The translations under genes and the position numbers were made by a program. Positions 1 through 15,174 of a DNA stretch of 64,000 bases are shown here, piece after piece. Source of the DNA: Acanthaster planci (taxonomy: Eukaryota); assembly GCF_001949145.1 (NCBI RefSeq), contig NW_019091356.1:4136934-4200933 (forward strand). The letters are read 5' to 3'. Numbering within the stretch: position 1 is the first letter of the stretch; every line of letters starts with the position of its first letter. The notes beneath the pieces were generated by a model. The model ran no database searches and had not been told where the DNA came from. It was given only the letters and a program-made list of their open reading frames with translations.

Positions 1-858
1 CCAATGATTAACATCACTTTCCAAGCAGTGCCCACTTCCAAATATACATTTCCTTGAGTTCACAAGGACAAGTAAATCTTAACAGAGACACCAGAAGTTT
101 GTCCAACTTTCTTCTGTCATAATCCCGACATGAACTGATTGTTTTTCCAAGAGTAAAAAACATGCACTGCACGCGTGTTCAGCAAGACTTCACTTTTTAT
201 TTCGAGCAGACACTGGGAATATGGAACATAATATTTGCTGTTAACTGCTTGGAGAAAATAAGAAAATCTTCAAAGTTTGTGTGGCTGATGTTTCAACTGG
301 AGCAGACTTTTCCCCAGAGTGACAGGGGAACAATTACGTGCAAGGAATCACGGAACCACCGCGAGTCTCACGCAGGGTGAGAGGAAGTGGGATAGGAGGA
401 CCAGGCAGAAAAACGAGGGAAAGAACAGGATGGTGGGCCATGGGGAGTATGGTGGTGGCTGCGGTGGTGAGCGGATGAAGGAATGTGGAACCCATGGGTG
501 GTGATGGATCCCACCTATGGATATTGGAATGTTGATGGTGATGTACTGATGTTTGGATTTTCCTCCATCAGAAGCCATAGCATTGGACCAAGCAAACCTC
601 GCGATTACCATGGTTACCAGCTGGCACACTGTGCTTAGGTCCCAAAAAGTTCTAATTCTGATTGGATGCCTCTCAAAAAAAGGATCGGTTGGCCAGAAAG
701 ATAAGGGGGTACACTTTTTTCATTTATCAATTTTAACTTGATGAAAAATTTTTTCAGGGTTGTGCCAAAAAATTAGTGTCGATCAGGAAAAAGGGAGCAG
801 ACTTTTTTCTGGGCCTTATATTTACTAGGAGTCATTTTCAGCAGCAAGAATATCTGAC

Positions 859-2209
<1,351 letters not shown>

Positions 2210-3049
2210 TTACCGGCAAGGTTACATGTACAGCATTTGGTCGTGTGTTATGAATCAGGCTGAACAGCCCAGTGGGTTACCTTTAAGGAGAAGCAAATGT
2301 TGGCATGGAAACGAGTTAAAATGCAGAATCCATTTCATAGATTTGGGAGAATTTAAATTTAAATTGAGCTATTGAAACTGGCAGACTGTTTTCTCTTTTT
2401 CAGCTCAATTGCAGAATACCCCACCATCCTGCCCAATCAACCTGGTGGCCCCCTCCAAGTGCCACCCCCCCACTGAAAAAAAAAATTGGATGAATGGATA
2501 TTGAACAAAGCTAACAAAAACTAGCCACCCAAAAAACCACACCATTGAAAGCTGGTGCCCCCCATAAGATGCTGGTGCCCCCTCCCCCACTAGTAAATCC
2601 TAGCTATGCCACTGACATGACTGATCTGCCTGGGGAATACAAATATTGAGACATGTAAAGTTGGGGCCTAAAATAGATGGATATGGCCGGATACCAAATC
2701 CGAAATACACCCTACCCCCAGACATGCCAGAACTGTGGGGTCCGACGTCCACCCCCCTCCCCGGATAGGAGCGTGGGAGGAGCCGGAGCAGGGCGGACGT
2801 TGGACCCTGGCCCCGCAGGGTAAAAATACACCCAACATGCCCAAATTACAACTTGGGCAGTAACCAGTCGATATGGTCGAACCCCATCACTGAAGCCATG
2901 CGTTAGCTTATTTTCAGCAGGCTTTTCTGACATTGTTTAATTCTAAAGTTCTCACCGCATGAATGCATACACACTCACCGTGGTTTGATCCGTGCTACTG
3001 ACCGTAGTCTTTTTTTCTCGATGTCCAACCATCAAATCTTAGTACAACA

Positions 3050-3360
3050 GCAAAGTGAACCCACCCTCACGTGATTCAGTAATGCCACACGCAGGGACCG
3101 GATTCGTACTCACTGCACTAAAAATGGCCGACGTGGAGGAAAAAAAACATGTCGGGTTGCCAAAACTTACTTGGCTACGGCTACCAGTAGTCATGTGCAG
3201 GATCAGCGTCCATGTGACATGGATTTGTCACTCCTTAAAAACATGCATGTTTTTTTGGCCGGTTGTGGCTAGCTGGCTATACAGGAGTCACAGTGACGTC
3301 AGGATATTTGCATAATTACTTGCAAGACTAGTTGCCACAGCGCCCCGCTGCGACGCACAT
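3050..3360 (-). promoter_or_regulatory. Probable ARF promoter
   Basis: CpG-richer patch upstream of the 5'UTR donor at 2979; YY1-like AAAATGGCCG at 3121 and palindromic CRE TGACGTCA at 3294-3301. Confidence 0.45.
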
Positions 3361-5096
3361 TTTTCTGTTTTGTTAATAACTATAAATAAAAGTTTTAACA
3401 AATGAAAGCAGTTATGCACATCAACATTACGATGTATTTATTACAAAAATAAATTTCTTGATACAATCCCAAAATAATAAGAGCATTTACAAAAATTCCA
3501 AACAATTTTTTGATTGCAATTCACCAATACCATTACTGATTTCAAACTAACGTTTGGTTTAAACAATTGGTATACCTCAATAAAATTATAACCTTACAGC
3601 TGTTAAATCAGAGCATGTGTGCACATACCAATTACAGCTTTATTCTGTATGAATTAAACATCATAAAAAGCACCTGACATTGGAATTTTAATATTGCTGC
3701 ATAAATTTACAAACATGCAAATCTCACTTGATAATTTACTTGCCTGTAGGCCATTTGCCTATATTCTGCTTAATCAAAGTTGTTTATACATTTAATCATT
3801 CCAATCTTCTATGAACAAAGACATCAAATGACCTCCAAGACAGGATAGTTCTGAACAAGTTCAGGGACTAACTTATAAACCCCCAAAACGGATCATGAGA
3901 AACAGAGCAGAAAATTAGCTCACAGACTGATTGTCTTACACTACTAGCAACAGTGAAACTATCAAACAGAAAATCGACCACATTCTCAAATTCTACAAAT
4001 TTTGAAGACTGCAATTTCTGGCTAAGCTAACACGATATCACGCATATGCTGATAAATATTCAACTTGAAATTAGCATAATATGCCTAAAAATCCCCTGAG
4101 CATTATGAAAATTTAAATCAAAGGTATCTACAAAAACTCAAGGAATCAGGACATTGGGATTGCAACAACTGCATAACACAGTCCTATAACAATTGATTAA
4201 CTTTTAACTTAACTTAAATGTGATTAACGTTTTTAGGGGAACCTGAGAATCAAAATAGATGCAATGAAAGAAAAGTTCATTACAACTCAAATACCGTTTA
4301 TACTAATAAGTAATTTTACAATTTGTGATTAATTAAATTCAAATGATTGGGGAATTATTACTTAACAGTTAGAATCATCCTTGTTCCCACAGCTTTTGAG
4401 CAATGGACCCTCAATTACTCTGAATTTTGAACAGCAGAATGCCACAGACCTAAACCTGGGGAGAAGGTTGAAACCTGATTCGGGCTGCTCAACAACCACA
4501 TAATCATGGCAGCGATGTCAAAAGATACGACGACATTTGCATGCATTTCACATATTTCAATATGTCAGTTACAAAAAACAAACAGGCTTTAAATAAAAAA
4601 AGATTTGAGGAAAATTGGCACCTAGTAAAATCTGTTGTTTTTTCATTTCGCTCGGCTTCAGCTCATGAAATTGAAACGTCCCAATTTTACTTCGTGATGA
4701 TGTTCCCGCATCCCACAATTAGGTGCTCAATAGTTGTATAATACTAGAGATTCCATTCATGGTTTAGCCTTTTTTGAAATTGAAAGTGAAGTTACCTCTT
4801 CATTTTTAGATCTTGGGACTGGATACAGCAATGAAATGAAATTTCACAACAAAGTAGTACCTGTTTACTCTCGTGAATATTTTGGAATTTGTGACCAATC
4901 ATATATCTTAGCATTTTTAGCCCGATTTTGAATAATTATGTTGAAAGGGAGGAAATCATATAATATGGCCTTATAGTCCACAATTTTCAACCTGGTTTAC
5001 TGGAATACCATTTACTTCTGCCATGAAATCAATGAGAGACAACAAAGGATTCTGGCCTCTTTGAAATGATTTCAGCGTGAGATCTTTCCAGGCTTT

Positions 5097-8000
5097 TCAA
5101 GCTTCGGATTCATTTTCCGTAAGGCGAAGGACATCCGTCTCAGTTTGGCCGTTCTGGAGGCACACCGTCAACTTCTCCGGGTGGAAGAGGTGACCTCTGT
5201 CCTTGAAGGAGAAGACGCAGTAGAAAATGGCCCCGATGCAGATGAAGATGAAGGACAGGATGATGAGATATCCAAAGGTCTCTGGAGCAGGCAGGATGAT
5301 GACCAGGATGAAATGGAGCATATCCATGGAGCACTCCAAGGAGCGCTGCACCCCGTTGAAGACACCACGCTCATCCTCATGGACGTTCTCCTGGATGAGC
5401 TGCGTGGTCACCAGGTCAAACATCCACAGCCCTGAGGAGAGTCATATCACAGCTTGTAAAGATAACTTGACTTTTGCGGCATGTAGAAGGGGTGGTGGAC
5501 TTTGTCCAATGCAAGGTGCTAACTTTGTGCTTGTTTCCATGGAGTGTGAGGATAAATAATTATGCTGTCCAGTGACAACAGAGGCTTTGCGTGGTAGCCA
5601 TCTTGCAGGGCAGTTGTTTTGTTCAATGGGGAAACCACCTTTGTGCATACCCTGTGGAACAAAAGCGCTTGCCTGCAAGATAGCAGGCATGGAATCCCTC
5701 TATAGTGCAAAGAATGACTGCTGTTCAAAACCTCTTCAGTACCACAACTCAGTCCCAGGCTCGGGCATGTTTGGCTTATGCACACATGCTACAGGTTTAT
5801 GGACGGTAACAAGATTTAGTAGTTTTACACTCACATTATCGTTGATGTCTAATGTCTGACAGACAGTGAAGGATTTAGACTACCAATTGCCAGGTGTAAT
5901 GATCAAAATTGAATTCTTTCAATTTGATTTGTCCTTTTTTCCTTTTCATTTCATCTTAAGAGCCAATGATCTTTGCCTTACCTATTCTGGAAGTTACCAT
6001 TCCTGTGAAGAACAGGACTGCAGACAAGTAGCTTGAAGGCCTGTCCCTACCATCTGGTGTAGCCTGGGGTGTGTTGTCCATCATGACATTCTGTGTAGTG
6101 CTGTCCCCTGTGTCATTGCCGATGTTGCCCACAGCACTGACTATTCGCTGATCTCCCATGGCAGGTAAAAATGTGGGTGTGAAAATAAAAGGACTTTGGG
6201 TAGTAAAAACATCATCGGTAGGTCCAGCTGTTGGTGGATTGGATTGTCCTGAGAAGTAGTCAGGGTCGAAAGGACTGCCAGCAGCCCAGATGGAGAAGAC
6301 ACAGAGAGTCAGGCAGAGAATTTCTATAGAGAGAGAGTAGAGACCTGTTCGGGTCAGTCCAATCCTCTGCCGGAACCTTGGGAACAAAAACGTGCCCACA
6401 ATGCCTGCGATGGACCCCAGGCCTCGAATCACGCCCAGCATGACCTCGGACAGACCCACGGAGTAGCCGTAGCCATTGGTGATGGAATCGAACCCCATGA
6501 CCGTCATGTAGAGGAACGCTAGCCCCAATCCCGCCAGACAGACTTTGTAGGATTTGTAAATCAGCCAGCCCTGGTAGGTAGACACGAACCAGTTGGCCAC
6601 ACGCCGGAATATTCCAAACCTGGATGATGGCTGAGATGATTGCCCCTCAGTGTTAGTAGGTTGTGAATCAGACGATTCGTTCTCCAACCTTCTCCAATCC
6701 CCTGTTGCTTCATCAGGTCCTCCAGATTCAAAAGCTGCGAAGTGATGGGAAAAATATTTCAAAGCTGTGCTGACAAATTTGCATGAACCTGTCAAAGCGC
6801 AGAGCAAAAGATATCTCCTTAATACTCAGCTTACGCATCCCTTTTGATCTCTTTGGAGGCATTCCAACTTACCTACTTCCATCTGTCCAGCATCACTGAC
6901 TGTGGCATATGCTATAGGCTTGTCTTCAGATGCATCCTGCCTGCCTTCTTGTGGTTCTTCCAGTGTATGCTCTGTGGAGTACTTGGCCACTCCCTCCTCG
7001 TTAGTCTCAATGGAGGCCTCTGATGCAGTGGTCGCACTCTCTGGTTCTTTAGCTGTCTCTGAACGATCAGTGACAACAAAATGGCACATCTTAACGCTGA
7101 GATTGGCTGTGGCATTTGAGAGAATGGCTTTAATGAGATTAAACTCCGATGGTAGATTGGAAGAGTGGGCTACAAGGTTCATGCTGATCTCAGGTCAAGG
7201 TGGTGAAAGCAAGTAGATTACCACCACCACACTGATCTTTAGGTAATGCTACCCTGCCGTTGTAGCAAAAGTTATTAAAGAGGATGGTAGTAAAAACCAT
7301 TTTGAAATGAGGGGGTTGCTAGAGGGGTGTGATGGTGGTTAATCGTTTAAACACAAGACAACCAATTCAAGTGACTCAAATTGAAAAGCCAAGTCAAACC
7401 AGCAACTCACCTGTTTTATTTTTGCGGAACTTGATGGCAAGTCTAGGGACTCTCCTGTAGACCCGTACCAAGAGGTAGTACTCCAGCATGAGGGAACCAA
7501 GGTTCCAGGCCGCAATGAAGATCCCGGCTACCGTCATGGAGGCAAAAGTCATGATTTGTCCCACGAGAATTGGGGCCAGGATATTGACAGTCAAGTCAAT
7601 ACGACGAACAGTAGCATTCATTTCTGTGTGGTTGAAGGATGAGGCGAGGTTGGAGATAGCAACAAAGACGGAAAAGAGAAATAAAAGAACTGTTCACTTT
7701 TTTACTTTAACCCCTTGATGATGGGAAATTCTTTGTGAAAGCCGACTCCGAGAATTCCATCTTCGCTTGGCCACGAAGGCCAACTGCCAAATCACAAATT
7801 CTCGGTTTGTGGCCCTGCGTGCTCTGCACGCTTTGAATTACACGGTGAAAAGGCTGATTGTTTGGTGGCATGCGGCTCTACTCACCCTTCCACATTCCCG
7901 TGGCTTCTTTTCAAGGTGGGGACTATTGTGAAGCTGGTGATTATGATGCAAATTCGGTCTTATCATTTCTGGGCTACGCACAAAGACCAATTACCATACA

Positions 8001-10486
8001 TACAAGAGCCAGGGTCTGCCTTCTTTCACCAGGTTCACTTGAGCGTGGGCCGAGAAAAATAGCTGAAAAGCGGGCTGAGGATCTCAATTTTTACGGCGGC
8101 TATAGCCGCTTCCTGGCCCGAAGGGGTTAAGAATTACAAATGAATTACAAATGGAGGTGTTCATTAACCCTCCTTTGGTTTTACAGCACCAATGTGCACA
8201 AATGCCCACAGNNNNNNNNNNNNNNNNNNNNNNNNNNNNNNNNNNNNNNNNNNNNNNNNNNNNNNNNNNNNNNNNNNNNNNNNNNNNNNNNNNNNNNNNN
8301 NNNNNNNNNNNNNNNNNNNNNNNNNNNNNNNNNNNNNNNNNNNNNNNNNNNNNNNNNNNNNNNNNNNNNNNNNNNNNNNCAGCATAGGAGGGTTAAACAA
8401 CTTGAATGCCAGCAAATGAAAAGGTACGTCCATAAGCAAGCTAACAGGGATCAACAAGTTGCCTGCTCCACCTGGTACAACTTTCCTTTCAATTTGATAG
8501 ACAAAGTCAATACCTTTTATTAAATAGTCCAGGGATGCGTTTAGCTTGTTAAGTTGAGGAGATGTCAGAAATAATTTCATGGATGGCATTTTTAACCAAT
8601 TAAAGCTTAGGTAAAATTCAGTCAGAGTATGCTCTGAAGAATTCCTGAAAAAAGGTTTTAATTATTGATTTATGAGCCTGAAAAGTGTGAGTGTAGGACA
8701 CCTGCTAAGCATAATATACCCCAGCTGAGCTACAGGACTTTTGTTGGTTATCAGTGGGTCCTGAGGTTAGCAAGGTCATCTTACCTGCTAGCCGCTCGCT
8801 GTCATCACCAGCTAGAATAACTACCCAGTCCTTCTGGATGCAGATCTTCTCGGCCACGCTGGCCAGGTTAGCCACAACGCCCAGGACGATGATGATCACC
8901 TGACAGAAGAAGAATAGAGCGCCACTTCCGACTGCCAGGATGGCTGACTTGTAATGCAGCAGGAGCAGCAAGCAGACGGCGTTGATGATGACACCGGAGT
9001 TCTGGATCACTAGGCTCTTCCGGGCAGCTGCAATTCCAAATGAATATGGATTCCTAGTTTAATAGACAAATGTGAGTGCCTGAAGCTGGATTTGAAATCT
9101 TCCCCACTGTTTTTTTGTAGTGCAGCAGGAGAAGCAGGAAGATGGCATTGATGATGACACCTGAGTTCTGGATCACTAGGCTCTGCGAAGTAGTCATGAT
9201 TCAGATTGACAATAGACTCCTGTTGTGTACTGCAGCGGCTTGGTACACTTGGTTCAGCACAGCCTGGCTCACCACTGTTTGGCTTGACTAAGCTCAGCTT
9301 GGCATCACTTGACTCAGCTAAGTTCAGCTCAACCTGACATGACTTGACCTGACTTGAGTGGACTTCATTCCATTCAGTTCAATAGAATCATGTAAGATTT
9401 ACTTATTCATAAAAAAACATGAACGAAAGAGCTTACCGCTTAAACGAGGAGTTTTGTCCACCCATTGTCCCACAAGTGCACCGAACAGAAGGACTGATAC
9501 AGTCAAGGCAAAACCAAAGATGGCAGTAAGGCGAAGTGACTTCTCTTCAATTTCAACAAGGTACAGGGCAACAGCAAAAGTCCACATACGATCACCCTAC
9601 AGACACACATGAACACAATGCTGAGATGTTGCTTGACAGAAGAACGGAAATTTACTGTTGACCTCACAACCACTGACAAAGATCCCCAAAGAGTTTCTTC
9701 TGCTACCACTCTCCTTAAAACACAGCCAAAGAGAAGAACATTGCTGAATGAAAGGGAGCATGTTGTGGCAAAATCTAGCAAAACCGAGAGCACCTAAGAC
9801 AAATGTGGAAAAGAAAACTTCATGAAAAAAAAATTTGCTTAGTGAAGGCAAGCCATGTTCAACTCCCGCCTTCCCGCTTTGTCTGCATTAACATAAACAT
9901 GTAAGTATAAGATGAACAAAACTTACCCAAGCAGAGAAAAACTGACTGCAATAAATGAGAAATGCATTGGAGGTGATCCAAGCAGCAAATGTTCTGTAAC
10001 GACCTGAAACAAACCAAAATTCATGGAAAAATGCGAACCCAGAGGAAGGCAGAATTTTTGTGAAAAAGTGAAGCTAGAAATCACTACATGAAACTAAGGA
10101 TTATATTAAAGAGCTAAAAGGCTCAATACAATCACTGTGCTGCAGGCACACACTGTAATGGTGTATCAGAGTTCATGAATACTGTGCTATCACTTAACAT
10201 GAAGGGGTTAAATAGCGCCCTCAGTCGCTCATGCTCAGAGATAATAATCACCTTGCGGTTGGGAGGAGGCATCATTGTCATGATTGTCGGGTACTGCTAC
10301 AGTCGTATCGCCTCCAACATCACTGGATTGTCTCTCTTCGTCACCTTGGACACCTGCCCTTTCCATTCTGTCAGGCCCTTTCCCTTCCACTGCACGTAAG
10401 TTAATATCCTCTACCACTGCATGGTTTGGGGATGACGCTGCAGACTGAGCATCTTCCAACAATGCCTCGTTCTTCTGGTCAGCCAT
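5097..10486 (-). CDS. SLC40A1: Ferroportin (solute carrier family 40 member 1), 733 aa
   Basis: Exons 10486-10252, 10003-9927, 9596-9437, 9027-8785, 7623-7411, 7058-6873, 6734-5982, 5431-5097; all GT-AG, phases consistent, 2202 nt total. Motifs SAWGDRMWTFAV, IQKDWVV, MNATVRRIDL, FLYMTVMGFDSIT, RIGLWMFDL, ERGVFNGVQ, MDMLHF, PAPETFG. Confidence 0.96.
7711..8126. mobile_element. piggyBac-type non-autonomous element in ferroportin intron 4
   Basis: TTAA on both sides (7707-7710, 8127-8130) with termini CCCCTT...AAGGGG; no coding capacity; more CpG-rich than flanks. Confidence 0.7.
8212..8379. other. Assembly gap (168 N)
   Basis: Run of N within ferroportin intron 4. Confidence 1.
9114..9222 (-). 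repeat. Diverged tandem copy of the 5' part of ferroportin exon 4 and adjacent intron
   Basis: Reads SLVIQNSGVIINAIFLLLLLHYK versus SLVIQNSGVIINAVCLLLLLHYK in the true exon 166 bp away; acceptor AG lost. Confidence 0.85.
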
Positions 10487-11206
10487 CTGCAGCTCTAAGC
10501 TAAACATAAAATGACCAGTGGTGACAGAATGCACGGTTGCCAGGTCAAAATGGCTACAAATATAGTACTCATGCCACCTCAAGGCCTACTATTCTGCCAT
10601 GTCTGCTGGGAAAGAGTTCCATATCTTAACATCACTTATTAATTATTCACCCTATGCACAAACCCCATCATGCCCATGGTTTGTGCATAAGACTGGGTTT
10701 TAAAAATTCTGCGGCGTAGTACATGCATTACATGGTATTACCATGGTAACCAAAGTATTTTTTTCACTGCTAAATTTGACTTTCATTAGAAAATCTCAGC
10801 ATTTTTCTGATGGCTAATATTATAGGCCAAGGCCCTAATGAGTAACGTCCACTGGTCATGCCCACGTCCCTCGTTTGTCCACTAAATAATAGTAATAATA
10901 CTCAAGCCACTCTGAAAACCGATCGACTAAGTTAGGGACCAGGCGACAATACCGTGTATACGATCATGGAGGTGGTACGATCATGACGATACGGTCACGG
11001 ACGTTACTGCAAGGGAAAACATGTAATCTAGGCCTATTTTGATCCCTACCTCAAAGTCTATCCGGGGACAACTCCTTGTCTGCAGGCAATGCAGAATAAA
11101 GCAAAACCTACGTTTATTCAAAAATTCTTTGAAGTTAAAGTAGATCTGTTTGACCACGGTTTGACCATGGTTTGACCATCATTTGATCATGACTATGCGT
11201 GAATTA

Positions 11207-12453
11207 TGGTGTTCCATATGTGCCATCTAATCGCATTTTTCGACGGGCGTCGCATTTTTCGACGGGCGTCGCATTTTTCGACGGGCGTCGCATTTTTCGA
11301 CCGGCGTCGCATTTGTTAACTGGCGTCGCATTTTTCGCCCGGGCGTCGCATTTTTCATTACTTCATCAGAAAGACCTATGGAGGCCAGGATCTCGTCCAT
11401 CACTGGTACCGCCAGCTTATTATAAACACTGAAAAAAACAGTCTAATAAAGAATGGAGTTATCTGTTGTGGAGATTCTCACACGTTCCGGGCAACATCTG
11501 TCACAGAAAAAAAGAAATTAGACAGAAACGCATGTATATGTACGTGTAACCCCAGGGTCGATCAAGAACCAGCAGCTACATCGAAACAGCCTTTCAAACA
11601 GTGACACTTTTCAAACCAAAATTCACATGCAGTCCTCAAGACCTTGGGAAGTCATTTCGTTGAGTAATAAACAAGTCTCCCCCAACAAAGAAAGATAAAT
11701 GATCTCAAGCCCATGACCAGACGGCCTCCACCGGGGGAATGCCTGAACCACGGACCATTGCCTGAACAACTTCCAATGTGTGAAATACCTTTCTACTGTA
11801 ATGAAAAAAATAAGATCAGTCTTGGCTTCCTCTGGACAGATTTTAATGGTTCAAAAGGTGTTTTCGGAAAACTTTTCGAGATTTGTATTGCTGACAACTT
11901 CTTTTAATCAAGGAAAAGTAAAATTTCTCAAAGCTATGGTGCCTGACATTTCTTCGCCAAGAGTAGTTACATTTTAAATTATAGACTGTACTGCGATAAA
12001 CGCTCCCTCGGGAAGCATGTCTGCAAGATGGCAAATGCCATACCAACCAGAGTGAACAATAGGCCTACTATACTGGGTTTGATTTTTGTGGCAACTAGTA
12101 ATCATCAGTACGGGGACATTTTTTACTCAAAAAGCTTGCAGAAGTGAGAAACCAAATTGAGCGGGGTGAATTTCCACGAGTAATCGGGTTCATTAAAGGG
12201 TTGTTAACTTATTTACATACCGTTAATGGACGCATACATGCTAATTTAGCCGTTTCCATAACCATTAAAAATATGTACGCACACTTTTAGCATCCAAGTC
12301 AACAACGTCAGGTCCGGCTTGACCAAGGTTGACCATTGATGATTAATGGCTTATTCACATTGAAAGGCGACGCAAGTTGAAAAATGCGACGCCGGTTGAA
12401 AAATGCGACGCCGGTTGAAAAATGCGACTCGGGATGGCACACATGGAACACCA
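11207..12453. mobile_element. Foldback-like non-autonomous DNA transposon with subterminal ~19-bp tandem repeats
   Basis: Left TGGTGTTCCATATGTGCCATC then about six copies of CGCATTTTTCGACGGGCGT (11232-11355); right end is the reverse complement (AAAAATGCGACGCCGGTTG x~3-4 then GATGGCACACATGGAACACCA); TA on both flanks. Confidence 0.8.
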
Positions 12454-15174
12454 TAATGAGTACATAAATTCGAGCCTGACCTGAGATCACACCAAAGATC
12501 GTATAGCGCGGCGAACACACCGTGAACACGTGATCACATGCATCATATCGCACCATGGCCCCTACTCGACTTGGGTTCCGTCGGAGGCTTCGTTCCCAAA
12601 ACCAATCCCCGATTGTGGACCTGAAGCGTTTAAATTAAATTAGATTACTGTAATTTCTGGCTCTCTTGCATCTTATTTGATGTTTTGTGGCACTATTAAA
12701 CTAATTGCTGCGCTTACAGCTTCAACGTCAGCTAGTTAAAAAACAGTTGACCTTGAAGCCTCAGACGACGCCGAAGTTGAGTTTTGGAAAACGGCCCATG
12801 ATACGCACATTCAACTCTTTTTGCACGTACAACTTTCTGCGAGCTCATCATGGTGGCGCTGTCTGCGCGCCACACGGAGACGGGACGCGACACCGGGAAT
12901 CGATGGGGCGGGGCACGGATCTGGGTAGGAAGAGGGCTTGAAAATGACCAGCGTGTGTTCTATAAAAGACGGGGAATGCACTTTTCTAATTTTTGAAATT
13001 TCCTGCTCAAACAGTCGGACTAACTGGTGTGTGGGTAACATTACCAACTTCAGATAAACTAATACAACATAAATTGACCCACATTTCAACGCTACATGTA
13101 TTAAAAATGCATAAGAAAAAACAAGCAAAAAAATTACATAAATAAACTCCCCCAAACAAGAAAGTTTTCTTGGCTAAGATGTTTTAATTGTCGATGATAG
13201 AAATCTAGAGTCATACGATAGTTATTATCATCACCAACATTGTTATTTTGCATAATTTTGCCCTGTAAATTAACCCTACACCTGACCCAGTATACATAGC
13301 TGACAACCATATTTACTGAAGAAAGATCAGGTGTTTTTTAACTCATCAAAAATACCCATATCTAAAAAAAATTAACAAGCAAAAGATTTGGTCTTGTTAG
13401 AGAATTGAAATTATACATTAACAGAATAATCAGAAAATGGCTACTTGACAACTGTTACTTTTGATACCAACTCTAATGGTGTATGCTGGCAACTATCTCC
13501 TGCAAAGACAAATTTGGAGATAACAGCTAAAAATTTTACAACATGATGTGAAAAAATAATGTAGACTTCCGGCCTGCACCTTAAGTATTTTTGATGGCAT
13601 TGTAGAATAAATTCAACTTCCAGCTTATAACTGAAGAGCTTGGTTGATGAAGGGTGCTACCCAATTAAACTTTAGAGTATTTATAAAATTAAATCAAACA
13701 TCTTCCACAAGTTCTAGAAACTTTGTTACGATATCCAACTTTATCATTGTGTAAATTTGTCAGTAAAGGTCTGTATTTTGGTTTGCTGCAACTACTTTGT
13801 AGCCTAAGAATGGCATTTTATCTCCACGTGGCTAGAAGCTTTTGAAAAAGAAATAAATAAGGCAAACTCTGTATTTGGAGGTCAATTTTGGCCCAGTTAT
13901 GTTTCAAATCTGATAGGCAAGCTGTTATTGTGCATGCATAGAAATCATCCAGAAATTTCATGAGACCACAAATTGAAGATAGGACATTACGCACACAAAT
14001 CATAAATATAATACCACAGCAAATGGTCACGAGAATTCGACACATTGAGAAACTAGGAGATTCCTCCAACCTCATATTATCTACTTTTCTGCCACAGATT
14101 TACTCCTGAAATGAAGTCTACTTTGGTAAAATAACCAGACTGACATTACAACATTCTAGAAACGATTACATTTCTAAATGATTACAAAAAGACCACTGAC
14201 TACGACTTATAAATGCTTCTGTATGTGGCTTGGAAATGTTCATGTGGGGGAAACGTTTGCAAACATTTATCGAACAGTTTCACAGTTTCCCCAAAGAAGC
14301 TTCTGCCAAAAGTGAACATAGTTTCAACCTTTCAAATGGCTGTCTGTCATGTTTTGATTGCTGAAAACAAGATCCTCTGCATCTGTTGAAAAACAAGGAG
14401 TGTTCACTGCCTTACATGACCAGTAGTCTTTGATGAGCTTTCTGCAAATGCACGTCTTTAATTGGAGGCACTGGTCTCTACAGGTTGTCAATCTAAACTA
14501 CTGGCCACACATGTAGTTAGCTTTAGTATGAATCAACGGGCTGTGGCTGACAGAATCACATATGTTCATGGGAAACGGCTTCCATCGCAACCATAGGTGT
14601 ACGTGTAAGTCCTAGCCAAAGCAGAGTAATATTGACGTGGCCTTACTGAGGGAATTGAGAGAGCTTATAACCGTGACTGACCAAGGCCAATCAAATCAAT
14701 TGATGTTTACATTATTCATTGACCTTCACACACTATGTCGAATCCAAACGGACAATTTTAAAATGTTTCACAGCTCTGAGAAAAGCAAAACTTCAGTGTG
14801 AAAAAAAACCATTGGTGCATTCCACTTACTCTGAGTTTAATAATGCTCAGTGAGCAAAAGCGATTTTTTTTCTTTACAAAAATTCAAACTGATAAATCCT
14901 GTTCTGTTTTCTTGCATCTGAGGAATGCACTTTAGAACTTTCAAACCCCCAAAACATAAAAGTAAAATCAGCAGACAATTTTTTTCCGCCATTTCCCATA
15001 TGAAAATGCACTATATATACACAGGAAATGGAAAGCAAAGGTCAGTGAAAGTATGCTTTCCTTTCTTCCATTTCTCTTGTTTGGAAAAGTTGCACAGTTA
15101 GTTTATTTGTGTGTATTTTATAAGCTCTGGAAGAAAAGGATATCCGTGATATACGTCTTCTTCACAACTGGCAT

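Noticed and set aside
319..629. His/Pro-rich short ORFs downstream of ARF exon 3
   Set aside because: No similarity to the expected ARF last exon (DLPNA..) and no clear in-phase splice sites; treated as intron.
5145..5559. Plus-strand ORFs over the last ferroportin exon, and similar antisense ORFs over other genes
   Set aside because: Shadow ORFs explained by codon bias of the real genes on the opposite strand.
8140..8589. ORFs spanning the N run
   Set aside because: Artefacts of the assembly gap.
11232..11355. CRISPR-like or coding repeat (ORF 11199-11432)
   Set aside because: Spacerless 19-mers that belong to the inverted arms of a transposon-like element.
10487..12900. Iron-responsive element in the ferroportin 5' region
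   Set aside because: The CAGTG occurrences I checked on the - strand (near 10765, 11401, 11428) lack a flanking 5-bp stem and C bulge.
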